From the NCBI GenBank assembly GCA_951406725.2, contig OX597815.1, positions 18,476,001 through 18,540,000 on the forward strand: a stretch of 64,000 bases of DNA, in the 5' to 3' direction. Shown piece after piece: positions 1-13,536 of the stretch. Made by a program: the position numbers and the translations under genes. Within the stretch, counting starts at the first letter, position 1. The number at the start of each line of letters is the position of its first letter. Source of the stretch: Octopus vulgaris. Taxonomy: Eukaryota. The notes under the pieces were generated by a model, which was not told where the DNA came from, did no database searches, and saw nothing but the letters and a program-made list of their open reading frames with translations.

Positions 1-355
<355 letters not shown>

Positions 356-886
356 ATAGCGAATTCAGTCACATACACCTTTTCATTCTTAACGTACGAT
401 CGGATGCTTTGCATTGTCTTGTCAAATCAACCTAAACTAGATGAAACATAATAGGTTGTATCACTAGTGACTAATTCAAATCTAAGCCATTAGTCATCTA
501 GAGTATTGGTCATTCTTAGCTTTCAGGTTCAATTACGCACAGTGCAAGCTGCGAGAGTGTGTTTTATGTTTTTAACCTTTTAAAAACGACAATTTTCCAC
601 TATATTGTTATATAAAAAAACTTGTTCTTTGAAATCGGAACGTGTTTTTGCTGTAGTAGTAGTTCAATCTAATACGTTGGAAGTCAAACGGTACAAATTA
701 ATTCGTGGTAAACGAAAGAATACAGGCACACAGGGGAAGTTAAACTGTACAAATAAACGTGGTGAGTCAAGGAATGTAAATTAGCAAGTGGTGATCAAGC
801 AGTACAAACTGGTATGTCAAAGGGTACAAACTTGCACGTGCAGAGATGGAACAAAGTAAACATTGGTGTTAAATAACATGCAGTAA

Positions 887-1459
887 GGCGGCGGGGTGGC
901 AGAATCGTTAGCACGTTGGGCGAAATGCTTAGCCGTATTTCGTCCGCCGTTACGTTCTGAGTTCAAATTCCGCTGAGGTCGACTTTGCCTTTCATCCTTT
1001 CGGGGTCGATTAAATAATTACCAGTTACGCACTGGGGACGATCTAATAGAAAAGGCAGCGAGCTGGCAGAAACGTTTGCACGCCGGGCGAAATGCTTAGC
1101 GGTATTTCGTCTGTCGTTACGTTCTGAGTTCAAATTCCGCCGAGGTCGACTTTGCCTTCCATCATTTCGGGTTCGATATATTAAGTACCAGTTGCGCACT
1201 GTAATCGACTTAATCCGTTTGTCTGTCCTTGTTTGTCCTCTCTGTGTTTAGCCCCTTGTGGGTAGTAAAGAAATAGGTATTTCGTCTGTCTTTATGTTCT
1301 GAGTTTAAATTCAGCCGAGGTCGACATTACCTTTCATCCGTTCGGGGTCGATTAAATAAGTACCAGTTACGCACTGGGGTCGATGTAATCGACTTAATCC
1401 CTTTGTCTGTCCTTGTTTGTCCCCTCTATGTTTAGCTCCTTGTGGGTAGTAAAGAAATA
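887..1459 (+). mobile_element. Tandem trimer of tRNA-derived SINE family A (Meta-domain-like core)
   Basis: A-box-like TGGCAGAATCG and B-box-like GAGTTCAAATTCC; core GTCGACTTTGCCTTTCATCCTTTCGGGGTCGATAAA..AGTACCAG repeated three times; tail AGCCCCTTGTGGGTAGTAAAGAAATA. Same family recurs five more times in the window. Confidence 0.9.
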
Positions 1460-1799
1460 GGTATTTAAATGCCACTAAGCATTTTTTCTGGGGCGCTAAT
1501 GATTCTGCCAGTTCGCCGCTTTAAATAATGTTACTATAAGTGATGTCAAGCTGAAGATAAAATAAACGCAGTATGATTTATAATTAAGTTTATTTTTATA
1601 ATTATCTTTAGCTTCACTTGACGTGTGTGAGTTATTTTTTTAATTAACATTTTTCTTTATTATTTCACGGTTGGTAATGATATTTATTCTTCGATCTCTG
1701 AGATAGTCTCTTATTCCTTGATAGCTGGCTCAGAAGTGCTTATGACAAAAACAACATGCTTTCATTCTAGCAGTTTGTAACCAGCTTCTTTCTTCCTCA

Positions 1800-2140
1800 A
1801 AACCATGAAGGGCGGTAACATGCAAAAAGTAGACAGCAGGTACGACGCAGTGTCTCCTTCAAAAAGCACCAACTAGATGTTGACTTGTCCAATTTCCCTA
1901 CTAATTTCTATGAAAACTGTCTTCCAGTCTCCTAATTTTAGCTGCCCTGACCTTCTCTAGACATTTTAGAATCCACAAGTGACGAACCATATCATATACA
2001 TTTTTATTGTCACTGGTAGGTTTGTCAAACTTCTTCGAAAGTTTCTCAGAATTGCTTCATCAATTAGCAACTGTATCCATTATTCCTCGTGATCCTTTAC
2101 ACAGCCTTACAGGAATTTTTGTAGTTTAGGATATAAATTC
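1800..2140 (-). pseudogene. Decayed non-LTR reverse transcriptase fragment, R4/Dong-like
   Basis: Manual minus-strand translation across frameshifts gives GCVKGSRG..QLLIDEAILRNFRRSLTNL..YDMVRHLWILKCL..WKT..GQVNI*LVLFEGDT, matching the RT pattern QLLID..KAYDxVxHxWI..GIFQGD. Confidence 0.7.
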
Positions 2141-3291
2141 GTCAAAACCTTGAACCGAAAACTATTTCCTCACTTTACTTTCCACGATCTTCTTCTTCTT
2201 AGTACTTCCGCTTTCGCTAAAATTTGAAACTTCTTATGAGTTCAGATGCCCCGAGTTCAGCTTTGACTTTGATCCTCTCGTTGCCAACAGGTTAAAGGAA
2301 CAGTCAAGTACTGGAGCCAATGCAATCGACGTGCCCCCTCCCTTGTGCCAAAATTAGAAAATAATTATTGCTACTATTTTTATTATTACTATGATTATAT
2401 TTTGCTGCTGACTCGTTCAGTAATATCGCACCGATCGATAAATAATGTACAACGTTATGTTAAGTGCAACAGAGAAAATTATTAAGAGGTATTAAAGTTT
2501 TTATGACTTTCGTTAGTAAACGTGAATATACATGATAATGACTAAAATAAATTAGAGAGAAAAATTTTACTGATAAAAAAGTTTAATTTTATAATCTTTG
2601 GCGCATTCATTCTTCAAAGTTTATAAAGTTAACTCACATGAAAATGTAGCAGAATTTTTCTTTTTCTTTACCTTTTGGAAATTGTACGTTGTTGAATATT
2701 TAAAGAAATATAAAAGTGTCAGCCAAATAACTTGCAGTATTACTTTACCACCCTTTACGTTCTGAGTTTAAATCCAACGGAGATCTACTTTATTTTCATC
2801 TTTCCGGTTTGATAAAATATAATAACAATCAAATATAAGGCCGATGTTATCGCTGTCGCACCTCGCAAATGTATACCCTTACTCTTATGTAACAAATCAG
2901 TATGTTTATGTAGGAAATCAATATATTAGTAGCTAAGATATAATACTGAGAAATCTTGCTGGATATGCAAGCTGAAAATTTATCTAAATTCAAATGAATA
3001 TTTCATAAGTAGGTCTCGTCTCTTAAATATATGCCATCCTTCGTAATATATCATTTAATATTTCACAATGCAACTTTAATCACGTAATTCCATTGCTTTA
3101 AAGTTTTATTATAGATATTCTTATGGAAAAAAAATCGATCTCTAAATTATATATTTATCGCATCTTGCTTCATGAGAAACTTCAGACGCTTAAATTTTTA
3201 AATTTTAAATGTTTACATATATTTGATTACACGTTGTTATCTGAAGACTTTAGGCAGACTACAAAATGTAAAAACATTGAGTTGTCATTAG

Positions 3292-3406
3292 CTGCATCAA
3301 GTCGTTTCTGTAATCAAAACCGTATATCTGGCTCCAATAGAACTAGTTATGAGAATCAAGAGCTATCCACCGCACAGTATATTAAACTTACAATTCACAG
3401 AAGCAG
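3292..3406 (+). CDS. Candidate host exon (LHQVVSVIKTVYLAPIELVMRIKSYPPHSILNLQFTEA), product unknown
   Basis: Open frame starts right after ..cattag and ends at CAG|gtagct; phase-1 end is compatible with the next candidate exon. No family recognised. Confidence 0.35.
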
Positions 3407-3783
3407 GTAGCTGTATCATAAATTAACTTAGTTCTACAAATGTTTTGAAGCAATAAAAAATGTCTCAGCATCTTCATTGTGTTGCCTGTATGAACTTAAA
3501 TAAGATATATAAGTTTCTTACTTTTAATATACAAAAACCAGTCTTACTTTCTAGAGCTCAATACATGCATGGAAAAATAGAATGGTTCTGATAGAAATAT
3601 ATTGCTGTATTGTGTTGAAATCCAAAATGGGATATATCACATTTTTGTTAAAAGATACTGAATCTATCATATTTTTTCCCTTTCCGATATCTCATTTACG
3701 TAGAACATTATGTAATATATTAAAGCCAACCTATACAGACATTGTGAAGTCTAATACCCTATTTCATGTGATTCCTGTCGCAG

Positions 3784-3890
3784 ACTATAATAATCTACCG
3801 AAGACAGATTATATCGACTTTGTTGGAAATCCCGAGTCAGACAATTTAGTCCTCTGTAATACCTGGTGTCCACAGAGATTAAATGTTCAG
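3784..3890 (+). CDS. Candidate host exon (DYNNLPKTDYIDFVGNPESDNLVLCNTWCPQRLNVQ), product unknown
   Basis: Acceptor tttcatgtgattcctgtcgcag, donor CAG|gtaaaa, stop-free, phase-1 start matches the upstream candidate exon. Confidence 0.4.
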
Positions 3891-5488
3891 GTAAAACAAT
3901 AAGCACATTCACAGACAATTACTTTGCTTCATTGTTTTTTCCTCCATTTATAGCTGTTTCTTTTTATGATTCATTCAAAATATTTTCTTTATTTTATATT
4001 ATTGTATATCTCGTTTAAATTATATCTTTTCATCCAACCAGAAGTTTGTAAATATTTTTCTTTTTCTATTTGCTAGTATCATTTTATACTTTGCTTTTTA
4101 TGTTTTAAGATTACATTTTGTCCAAGAAATTTTTTTTCTCATTTACGCATTACCGGATTATAATTGAAACGAAAAAAAATGTTTTTTCGGCAAAAAACAA
4201 TACAGATATCATATTCACAAATGTTAAATCTTTTAAGTCTGATGACATATTTTGCGGCAATATAGAAATGAATAGTGATTTGAAATAATTCAGTAATCAA
4301 AATAATTCAGTAATCAAAAATAATGCAAAAATATAACCTAACATCAATAAGTTCACTGCCACTGGTAAGCAGGTTGTTCAGTAGATATGAAATTTCAGTA
4401 GCGATAATATATAATTTATCACACGTTATTAGAATTTTCTCAGTGAAACAACGCAAGCAAAATAACCCCTTTGAAATTATTAGTGTATATATTATTTGAG
4501 ACTATTAGTTATTTTATGTTTATTATACTTGATGAAATTTTTTCTACATGAATGGCTGGAAAATAAAATAATGCTTCCAAATTAGCCCTTTAAATTATTG
4601 TATTCATATTATTTCAAAGATGCGGCTGCCACTATTAGAAATGGGAATGATGATATCCAATCTACTGTTCACCTGGTAATTAACTGCTCTGATATAATCA
4701 GTCAAACATTAAATATCTTTGCTTAACAAAAATATTGATGAAACAGTACACTTATGACTACCGTATACATTAAAATCCGAGTACCTTTCAATTTTTAACA
4801 TTTATCAGCCGTCATTTTCTCACTATCAGACTTATTAATCGTACACAGGTGGACGTAGCATAACTAAGACTTCTCATAATACACCTTTCATGCCAATCTG
4901 AATAATTATCGGTGTCAGATTCCCGGATATTGATAAGATAATTTTGCACAGACATCATACGTGTGAAATAAGATAAAATAATTTGGGTTATTTATATATT
5001 CCGACATTAAACTCATCAAAACATTGATCATGTAGACTTCGTCTCTGATGAATTATCCTATCTCTGATAGGATAATTTTATTTGAAAATTGAGAAAACTT
5101 GATATGGTAGATTGTAAGTAGAAAATCAAATTAATAAATCCAAAGGATACTTTATAAGAGTTTACTCAAAATTTCAACTTTGAAGTTTGCTATTGCTGAC
5201 TGTAGTATTCGTCTTCCTCAAGTCAATAATATAAATTTATGACTGAAGAATTTGATTGAAATTATTACACAACCGCTCTGTATGACGTTTACTGGTCTAG
5301 CATTCTACTAGATGATATGGCAGAATGATCGACCGACCTGATTTTTACTGCAATCTCTTTAAAATATATAAATATTTACATATACAATATCATAGACTAA
5401 AGACAACGTTATAAAATCATCAATCTATGCCGTTGCCAAGTTTGTAGTAATATCCTGTCAATATATAATTGTTTTTAGCTAATTAATC

Positions 5489-6280
5489 GGATCTTTTCAC
5501 TTTAACTGGTAGATTTTAAAAATAATTTCCACGTAACTAAACACTTTTAAACTTCGTATACTGGTAGAATGTGTTTATAAAACATATTTTTCTCTTGGTT
5601 TTCTTGAGAAAATTCCGTTTTTTGTAACATATTTGTTGCTTAATTTCTTGCATTTCGGCAATTTCAACCAATCAACGACGTCTATTGAGGTGAATTCAAT
5701 GTCTGCCGTAACATTTATGGCGGCGTCATATGAAAATGTTCCTGTTACATATTATATATTCGTTTAAGAAACAGATTGGGTTTATTTACATTTCTGAAGA
5801 AAAAAAAGATACCCTTCCCCCACCCCTAACCTTAACCATAACCCTAACCCTAACCCTAACCCTAACTCTAACCATAACCCTAAAACAGATTGAAATGCAA
5901 TAGATCGATACTAGGGTCACAATTATGGGTCGACACTAAAGAGGGAACGGTTTTGTTATCCAGCTCTGTTTATGAGTGACCCCTCAGTTTATGGCCACAG
6001 GGTATCTTTTTTCTCATAAAAAACAGGGACATTTTCATATGACGCCGCCATAAAATGTTACGGCAGAAATTGAATTCACCTCAATAGACGTCATTGATTG
6101 GTTGAAAATACCGAAATGCAAGAAATTAAACAACAAATATGTTACAAACTACAGAATTTTCTCAAGAAAGCCAAGAGAAAAAGATGTTTTATAAACACAT
6201 TCTATCAGCATACGAAGTTAAAAATTTTTTAGTTACATAGAAATTATTTTTAAAATCTGCCGGTCAAAGCGAAAAGATCC
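5489..6280. mobile_element. Fold-back MITE with ~280-bp TIRs, 8-bp TSD and internal telomere-like repeats (Merlin-like)
   Basis: Ends GGATCTTTTC..GAAAAGATCC; identical AATTAATC at 5481-5488 and 6281-6288; arms are reverse-complementary; (CCCTAA)n-like tract at 5824-5883. Confidence 0.85.
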
Positions 6281-9200
6281 AATTAATCTAATTAGTTTCA
6301 ATTTCTTTATTTAATTTTGTTTTCTGAAAAGTTTGCGTTATTGGCTTTACAGCAACGTTTACCGTCTTGCGGTTATTTTTAATGGTACAAAGGAGGAAGG
6401 GCAACAACTTGAGCATGTTTCAGGGCCTTCGAGACCTCTGAGTGGCCTTCGAGATTCACCTGTGTGAGGGAACTTAGAGACTTCGCAGAGTTTCGACCTC
6501 GATGTCTACACCACCGAACCAATGATGTAACAAGAGCACGAACTCTTGCTTATAGGAATCGGCAAATAAATAATTTACTGATATGTGCTAATGACTCTCA
6601 AGCAGAAACGCAAAGTGTTCCAAACAACGCAGTATCTTGAAATTCCTTTACACCGGTGAACTGTACAAGGAAATGGTGTTCCTTGTTGACGAAAAACAGC
6701 AACGATCAAACCATTCACGTTCAAATCTACCGGAATGTATTAAGAAGGAATAGATGTGTTATCAAAATGATGATAACTATAGTAATAATAATTATTGTTA
6801 TCTTCATTTTTTGTCTTTCTCTCTCACTTTTTTTTATAGCGAGTCTCTTGACTAATGATAGTATCCGCCGAGAGATTCAGCTGAGACTGTTATGATTAAC
6901 TTCAATGTTTTCCTTTCACAAAAGAGGACACGAATTCGTATAACATGAATGGTTTACGCTTGGTGAAAGATATTAGCATTGTGTCAGTATCATAAATACC
7001 TGATTGTTAAGCAACGAGAGATCCATTTCATAGACTCACGATTTTATAGAAATGTAAGACAAACAGCCCTGATGTCAGATCATATCGATTTAAAAATGAA
7101 TGACACATTTGGTTGATTTGGTCTAACACAGAAGCGGGGGATTAATGACGGAACGCATTTGATTATACTCGATCAGGCCTAACCTAGGGCTAAACCACTG
7201 CAACAAAACTCGTATCTGACTCCTTTGTGATGTTCTGTAATATGCTGAGAGCGATTATATAGAGGATAAAGTCTCTGTTACCCATCTTGTATCAAAAGAT
7301 ACATATCTTCCAGCTTTGTTCCATAATGTACCATACATGCACTTGATTAAGTTGTACATTACGGTACTCAATCAAACGTTTACTATAGTTCGAATATTTT
7401 GATCGCCCACCTAGTCATGCTACACTAACAATGGTCATATATAACTGAAACACACCTAGTGTTGCCACTGTACCAAACAGTAAAGATCATCTCCACTGCG
7501 GAACATTGACCTAAATATTTCGTTTGCCTCAAAGATAGTGACTATTTTCTCCACGATATTAGTGTAACTTCGATTAACCGAAGTGTTTTTCCCTCGCTTC
7601 ATTCACTACTTACTTTTCATGAAGTTTGTGTCTCTGCTTCCCACACAATATAAAAATGTTTGGAAAGTTAATGGGAACCAACTTGATATAAAACATTTCT
7701 TTGTTCTAAAATTATTGAAATATTGGGTTATGTGGTTTTATGCAGTTTACATGACTACCTTTTACTACTTGTTACTGTGTGTTAACTGCCATCTTTTCAC
7801 TGCCTGACTTCCTAATCGTACACAGATGAACGTATGTTGTAATGTCTTTCAAAGGTATAGGTTTCTCTACAGATACTTATTTTGGTGAAAATTCTTATCA
7901 TTATTCTAAAGGCACTAGTCACACAGAGAGAATTAGATAGATAGATAGAGAAAGAGAGAGGCTGGGGAAGAAGGAAAGAGGTGGCTTGACAGACAGAAAG
8001 GAAGCTGGAGACAAAGAGTGATTACTAGACAAGATTCCTTATAACATAACATAACTATGTTGTATTTTGTTTCTAAGATTTTTAATCACATCTCAGGTAT
8101 TTATTTCGTTTTTCTTTTCACAAGCATTTATAAAATGAACACTATCGGTGCACTGAAGTCTCTCAATTGTCTGTGCATCTACGAAATAAATTATAATGAT
8201 ATATGCCAACATTACAGTTTATTGCAGTAAACGTGCAATATTAAACTATCAGCCTAAGTTATCTTCCTAAGAATACTTTAATTAGTGACATGAGTACTAT
8301 TTCCTCTGCTAAAGTACATTAACCAACGAGAACAATACTATTAACATTGGTAAGAATACATAAACGAATCACACGATACTATATTCTTTATCAGAGTGCA
8401 GTTGCATTTGGCAATATCCTTATCGTGAATAGAATACATTACATTAGCGAACAGACACAATACTTTTAGAGTATATTTTCTAGCTGTAGCAGTTCTGCCT
8501 TTTGATAAAGCACATTACTCGGTACTAACAATATTCTAGTTTCACTTTCATTCCAGTACCTTAACCAGTGACAACGTAGGTTAGAGTAAACCTTATTGTG
8601 ATACTTATTAGCTACAAGTAAAAGGAATGAACTACATAACAACGGGCTGTTTAGATTTTTTTGTAAAATTGACAGCTTCTCGTCAGAGACTTTCCGACTT
8701 GAAATCAGTTCTCGTTTAACAATGAATAAAAGCTAAACCAGAGAAGGAACACAAAATAAACAGATAAATGAAATAAAATAAAATGCAATAATAAATAATA
8801 TGATATAGCCACCATGTGTCGTATCAACAGCCTACGTAATTGCCTATATTGCTGTTTTGAGATTAATTTGTTGTCAACATAGCTGACGTCTAAGTTTGTT
8901 AGTATATCTATCTGATTACATCTGTATATAAATACGCACGCATATACTCATTGACACGCACAACATATGCACATAAGAAACTGACTCAGTGTATATATAT
9001 ATGTGTGTGTGTGTGTGTGTGCGTGCGTGTATGAATGTATGTGTAAATGTATAAACAATAAAGAATATGATAAAGTTCATTGTAGAAAGCTATCGGTGTG
9101 CAGCAATTTATGTCCCACTGCTATTTAAACAACTATAAAAGCGATGTAGGTTTGCAAAAAGGCATCCCACGCAACGTGATTGCGTGATTCGATTGTGATA

Positions 9201-9417
9201 TTTAATTAGTCCCATGAATACGAAATTGCATTGATCTTTCCATACTGGCTTGTTTAAACGTTTAGTCATTGCCAAGTCAATGAAGTTAATTGCTGACGAA
9301 AATTAGACAAAGTATTAAAAATTCTTTTCATAATGAAGTTAAATAAATATGGGTATTTTATGTAAATAAAGGGAACGTTAAGAAAACATACGATCAATAA
9401 TATCTACACGCCGATGT

Positions 9418-9422
9418 ACACA

Positions 9423-9498
<76 letters not shown>

Positions 9499-9504
9499 CA
9501 TACA

Positions 9505-9557
<53 letters not shown>

Positions 9558-9568
9558 ACACACACACA

Positions 9569-9623
<55 letters not shown>
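9418..9623. repeat. (CA)n(TA)n compound microsatellite
   Basis: Direct inspection; explains the CVCV/THTH ORFs. Confidence 0.97.
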
Positions 9624-9624
<1 letters not shown>

Positions 9625-10269
9625 GAAACGTTGGAAGGTTTCTACTGTTAATTTTATACTTCATTTTTCAATAGTGTTATCGAACATTAAGAAAACAAAA
9701 ATTAAGAAAGCAAAAACTCTAATAATAGAGTCGATCAATTAGACTCGTGTATATCTGATGTTAATAAACACACCTTTGTTTATGTTACTGTGGAAAATAC
9801 ATAAAAAAAATAGAGAGTTACCCAACAAAAAATACAGTACATATATGCGTAGGGACAATAGAAGTAGGTGCATTATCATGTATGTAGTTAGGAAGGACTC
9901 GTTGAACTAAATAACTGATTAATGGGGTGGGTTTGATTTCATTATAGCTGCAATCTGCTTCAATAAATGATTCCTAGTTTCACTCTGAGTAATGAAAGTA
10001 ATGCTGTTCTTTATGACCTGAGTAAAGCCTTCAACTATGACTGGTATGATAAATTCTTAGCCACTGTGAAATTGTTTATAATGCTTCAGCAGTCTTTCAA
10101 CCGTCTTGTAAACACTCCATAGAAGTGTGTGTTTATGGGGTTTTCCACGAAACATGTTCTATCTCCGATAGTATCCGTGAGAATTCGGTTATGCCTGCTA
10201 TTCTTCATTTAGTAAATAATATCCTATACTTTGTGACCTGTAACAAGACACATTCCTCTGTTTGTTGTT

Positions 10270-10567
10270 TGTTCCTTCTCGAGCCATGCCTGGCTCATAA
10301 GGGCCGGTTTCCCGGTTTCTTGGCGTATAGGTTCATTCTCTGGACGGGACGTCAGTCCGTCGCAGGTGAGCTGCAAGATGCAGGAGGAAAGAGTGAGAGA
10401 AAGTTGTGGCGAGAGAGTCAGCAGAAGTTCGCCATTACCTTCTGCCGGAGCTGCGTGGAGCTTAGGTGTTTCGCTCATAAACACACACATCGCCCGGTCT
10501 GAGATTCGAATCCGCAATCCCTCGACCGCGTGTCCGCTGCTCTAACCAGTAGGCCATGTGCCCCCAC
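10270..10567 (-). mobile_element. tRNA-derived SINE family C (octopus OR-like), variant
   Basis: Minus-strand head with TGGCCTACTGGTTAG and GATTCGAATCTC boxes; approximate flanking repeat cacatt(t)cctctg. Confidence 0.8.
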
Positions 10568-12019
10568 ACATTTCCTCTGCGTATTATATTACCGTCCGCG
10601 GTCCTCCAAACTTCCGTGACATAGATATATAATTTCAGTCTTACACCAAATAAAGAAATAAAAAAACAACTCAATCTGGAAGTTATGAATCGAGGTTTCT
10701 CAAATAGCAAGACAAAATAACACTATATATCACTACAATTTTGTACTACCTGTTCCATACACATAAAAAAACAAACAAACTCGAATACGATCTTCAAAAT
10801 AATGCTATGACTCACTATCTCTAATGATTTTGAAATGAAACCTCACCTACACAACAATATCAAAATTGCATCTAAGAGAGGAAATCTATTTCCTCTATCA
10901 TCTACTACAGTCTCTCTAGCGAGCAGCGAATTGTTTCCACTAAAGCTTAATCAATGATTTTTATCTCTCATTTCACTTTCATACCAATTGTGCCACGCCT
11001 ACACAAGCTGCACTGATAAATGTTCTCAGTATTCCTTCTTTAGAATGGCAAAAGCCTGGAATTCTATTCCAGTTCGCGTGTCTTTCAGTCCTCAAAACAT
11101 TTGAAGCATATAAACCACGTTGAACTCATGAGTATCAAGAGGCTTGTCTTGCTCCTGGCTATAGGTTATTAAAAAAAAAGAACATTAGAGTATAATTTAG
11201 TTGATCAGATTTTAACAGAAATTTAATGAGCATAATCTATTCAATAGTCTCAGGCGAGCGGACAGGCGTAAATAGATAAATAAACGAATGAATGACAGTA
11301 TAGATAGATAGAGAGATGTGAAGATGGATAAATAGGAAAGAAAAACTGATACATGTATGGAATGATGAATAAAAAAGGGATAGATAGACTAATGGTTTAA
11401 TCCCTCAACAAAACCACAAATCAGGGTCCACTGATAACAGTAAGTGAGTGCATAGTAGCCTTGGAAACAGAAAACTTGAGACAAGTATTAAAATCTTAAA
11501 TTACTGTATATGTGTTTATTCCGATGTTTGCTAGTTCACTGAATAATTTGTAACATATTAAATATTTTTTTTTATATATTGAGTGCTTTTCAATTTCGTT
11601 TCTCTCTTGACGGCAAAAATTTTCACTCAAAAGACTACGCTATTAAACATAATTTTTATTGGCAGAGTTCATTTCTAGATTTTACTCTCAAATATCTACC
11701 TCATAAAATTTTTACTGTGATTAAACATTATTATTGACGTTCATGTTACCATAGAGTTATATTGACTTGGCTACTTAAATTTAACAGCAATATTTAGTTT
11801 ATTTATCATAAAATTTATTTGATTCAAGAGGATAAATTACGCTCGAAAGATTGCCGAGGAGTCATATTTCGATGAGTCAGAACAACATGAACAAAATTTA
11901 AATATCTATTTTATTGTTAGTTAAAATCAACACATAAACACGCATTGTTTCTCTCCTCTCAGGAACCGTAAAATTAATACAGAGAGTTGCTTATTTGTAA
12001 AATGTGACTTCATTGAGCG

Positions 12020-12278
12020 AGGTTACCGTGGTCTTTTCCGTAATCTTTTCTTTCCACGGATAAATCTCACCTGTCTTCCCCTTTACACTTTATATTGACA
12101 TTTCTGTGATAACGATCCCTATTGATAGATTTTTTCTTTTCCTTTTTTTTTTTTTTTGCTTTCCTTTTTTCCCCTTTAGATCGAAAGCCAAACCCCCTTT
12201 TTTTATCCCCAAAAAGAAAAGCTCCAACTTGTAATTTGTCCCGTCTGTGTGCAGCCCTGTGTGGCTAGTAAAGAAACA
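12020..12278 (+). mobile_element. 3' UTR fragment of Tx1/L1-like LINE
   Basis: Homologous to 37820-38050 and 42608-42979; ends GTGCAGCCCTGTGTGGCTAGTAAAGAAAC. Confidence 0.75.
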
Positions 12279-12366
12279 TATCTCCGACTTTCTCTCTAAT
12301 ACACTGTTCCTGTCTCCCAAATTCAGAATATTTATTTGTACGCGCTTTTTCTTATGCATTTCGTTA

Positions 12367-12682
12367 TCACATGACCACCACCACGTGACCGACCAGGCTA
12401 TCAGATGTTGCTACACATCGCTGGTTACAATGCGCTTCGCATTGTTTTAGCCTTCAAATGACGCCACCCCGCTGGCTAAGCGAGCAAGCCAACAGAAGAA
12501 AGAGTGAGAGAAAGTTGCGGCGAAAAGTACAGCGGGGATCGCCACCCCACTCCTGCCGGAGCCTCGTGGAGCTATAGGTGTTTTCGCTCAATAAACACTC
12601 ACAACGCCCGGTCTGGGAATCGAAACCGCGATCCTACGACCGCGAGTCCGCTGCCCTAACCACTGGGCCATTGCGCCTCCAC
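12367..12682 (-). mobile_element. tRNA-derived SINE family C, full length with TSD
   Basis: Head GTGGAGGCGCAATGGCCCAGTGGTTAGGGCAGCGGACTCGCGGTCG..GGTTTCGATTCCC on the minus strand; 11-bp TSD GCATTTCGTTA at 12356-12366 and 12683-12693. Confidence 0.9.
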
Positions 12683-13108
12683 GCATTTCGTTACATTTTC
12701 ATCATATTTCGGAATTGATTCTTATAACACAATATTACAACTATGACCAAGAGAATTTTTATGATGGTTAAAACAAATGTTATGATAATGTTATGCATTT
12801 TCAAAAGGATTTAGATATGGCGAATTTTGTTAAGTTAGCAATAGATATTGGTTTCGAGTTTTGGCACAAGGCCAGCATTTCGAGGAAGGGATAAGTAGAT
12901 TACACCGACTACTGCGCTCAATTGGTATTTTAATTTATTTATCCTATAATAGTGAAAGGCAAAGCATTTCGGCCCCCGTGCCATCGATTCGGCCAGCTCA
13001 CAGCCTTAAAAAATAAAAAGTCAAGAAAAAATATTCTTTACTCGCTCAAAGGAAGGTTTTCAACTGTACAAATTAAAAACAAAACAAAATAAAACAAAAA
13101 CGATGTAT

Positions 13109-13308
13109 CTCTTTTACTCTTTTACTTGTTTCAGTCATTTGATTGTGGCCATGCTGGAGCACCAACTTTAGTCGGGGAAATCGACCACGCGACTTATTCT
13201 TTGTAAGCCTAGTACTTATTCTATCGGTCTTTTTAGCCGAACCGTTAGGTGACAGGGACATAAACACACCAGCATCGGTTGTCAAGCGATGTTGGGGGAC
13301 AAAAACAG

Positions 13309-13399
<91 letters not shown>

Positions 13400-13536
13400 T
13401 ACGACGGGCTTCTTTCAGTTTCTGTCTACCCCAGGCTATAGTAGAAGACACTTGCCCACGGTGCCACGCAGTGGGACTGAACCCGGAACCATGAGGTTGA
13501 TAAGCAAGCTACATACCACACAGTCACTCCTGCGCC
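13109..13536 (-). mobile_element. tRNA-derived SINE family B (CORE-like body, internal (TA)n(GT)n)
   Basis: Head GGCGCAGGAGTG..GGTTCCGGGTTCAGTCCC, CORE-like GGCACCGTGGGCAAGTGTCTT, tail GACTGAAACAAGTAAAAGAGTAAAAGAG; six copies in the window. Confidence 0.9.

Noticed and set aside
683-880. Decayed ~27-bp tandem repeat (GTCAA..GTACAAA..GTGGT)
   Set aside because: Too degenerate to define units; no spacer structure or function evident.
5033-5089. CTGATGA followed by a perfect 12-bp hairpin, hammerhead-like
   Set aside because: GAAA does not follow stem II directly and no proper NUH/stem III is present.
9990-11130. Possible old LINE (DLSKAF.. at ~10010; FFRMAKAWNSIP at ~11040)
   Set aside because: Only two short motifs; too decayed to call boundaries.
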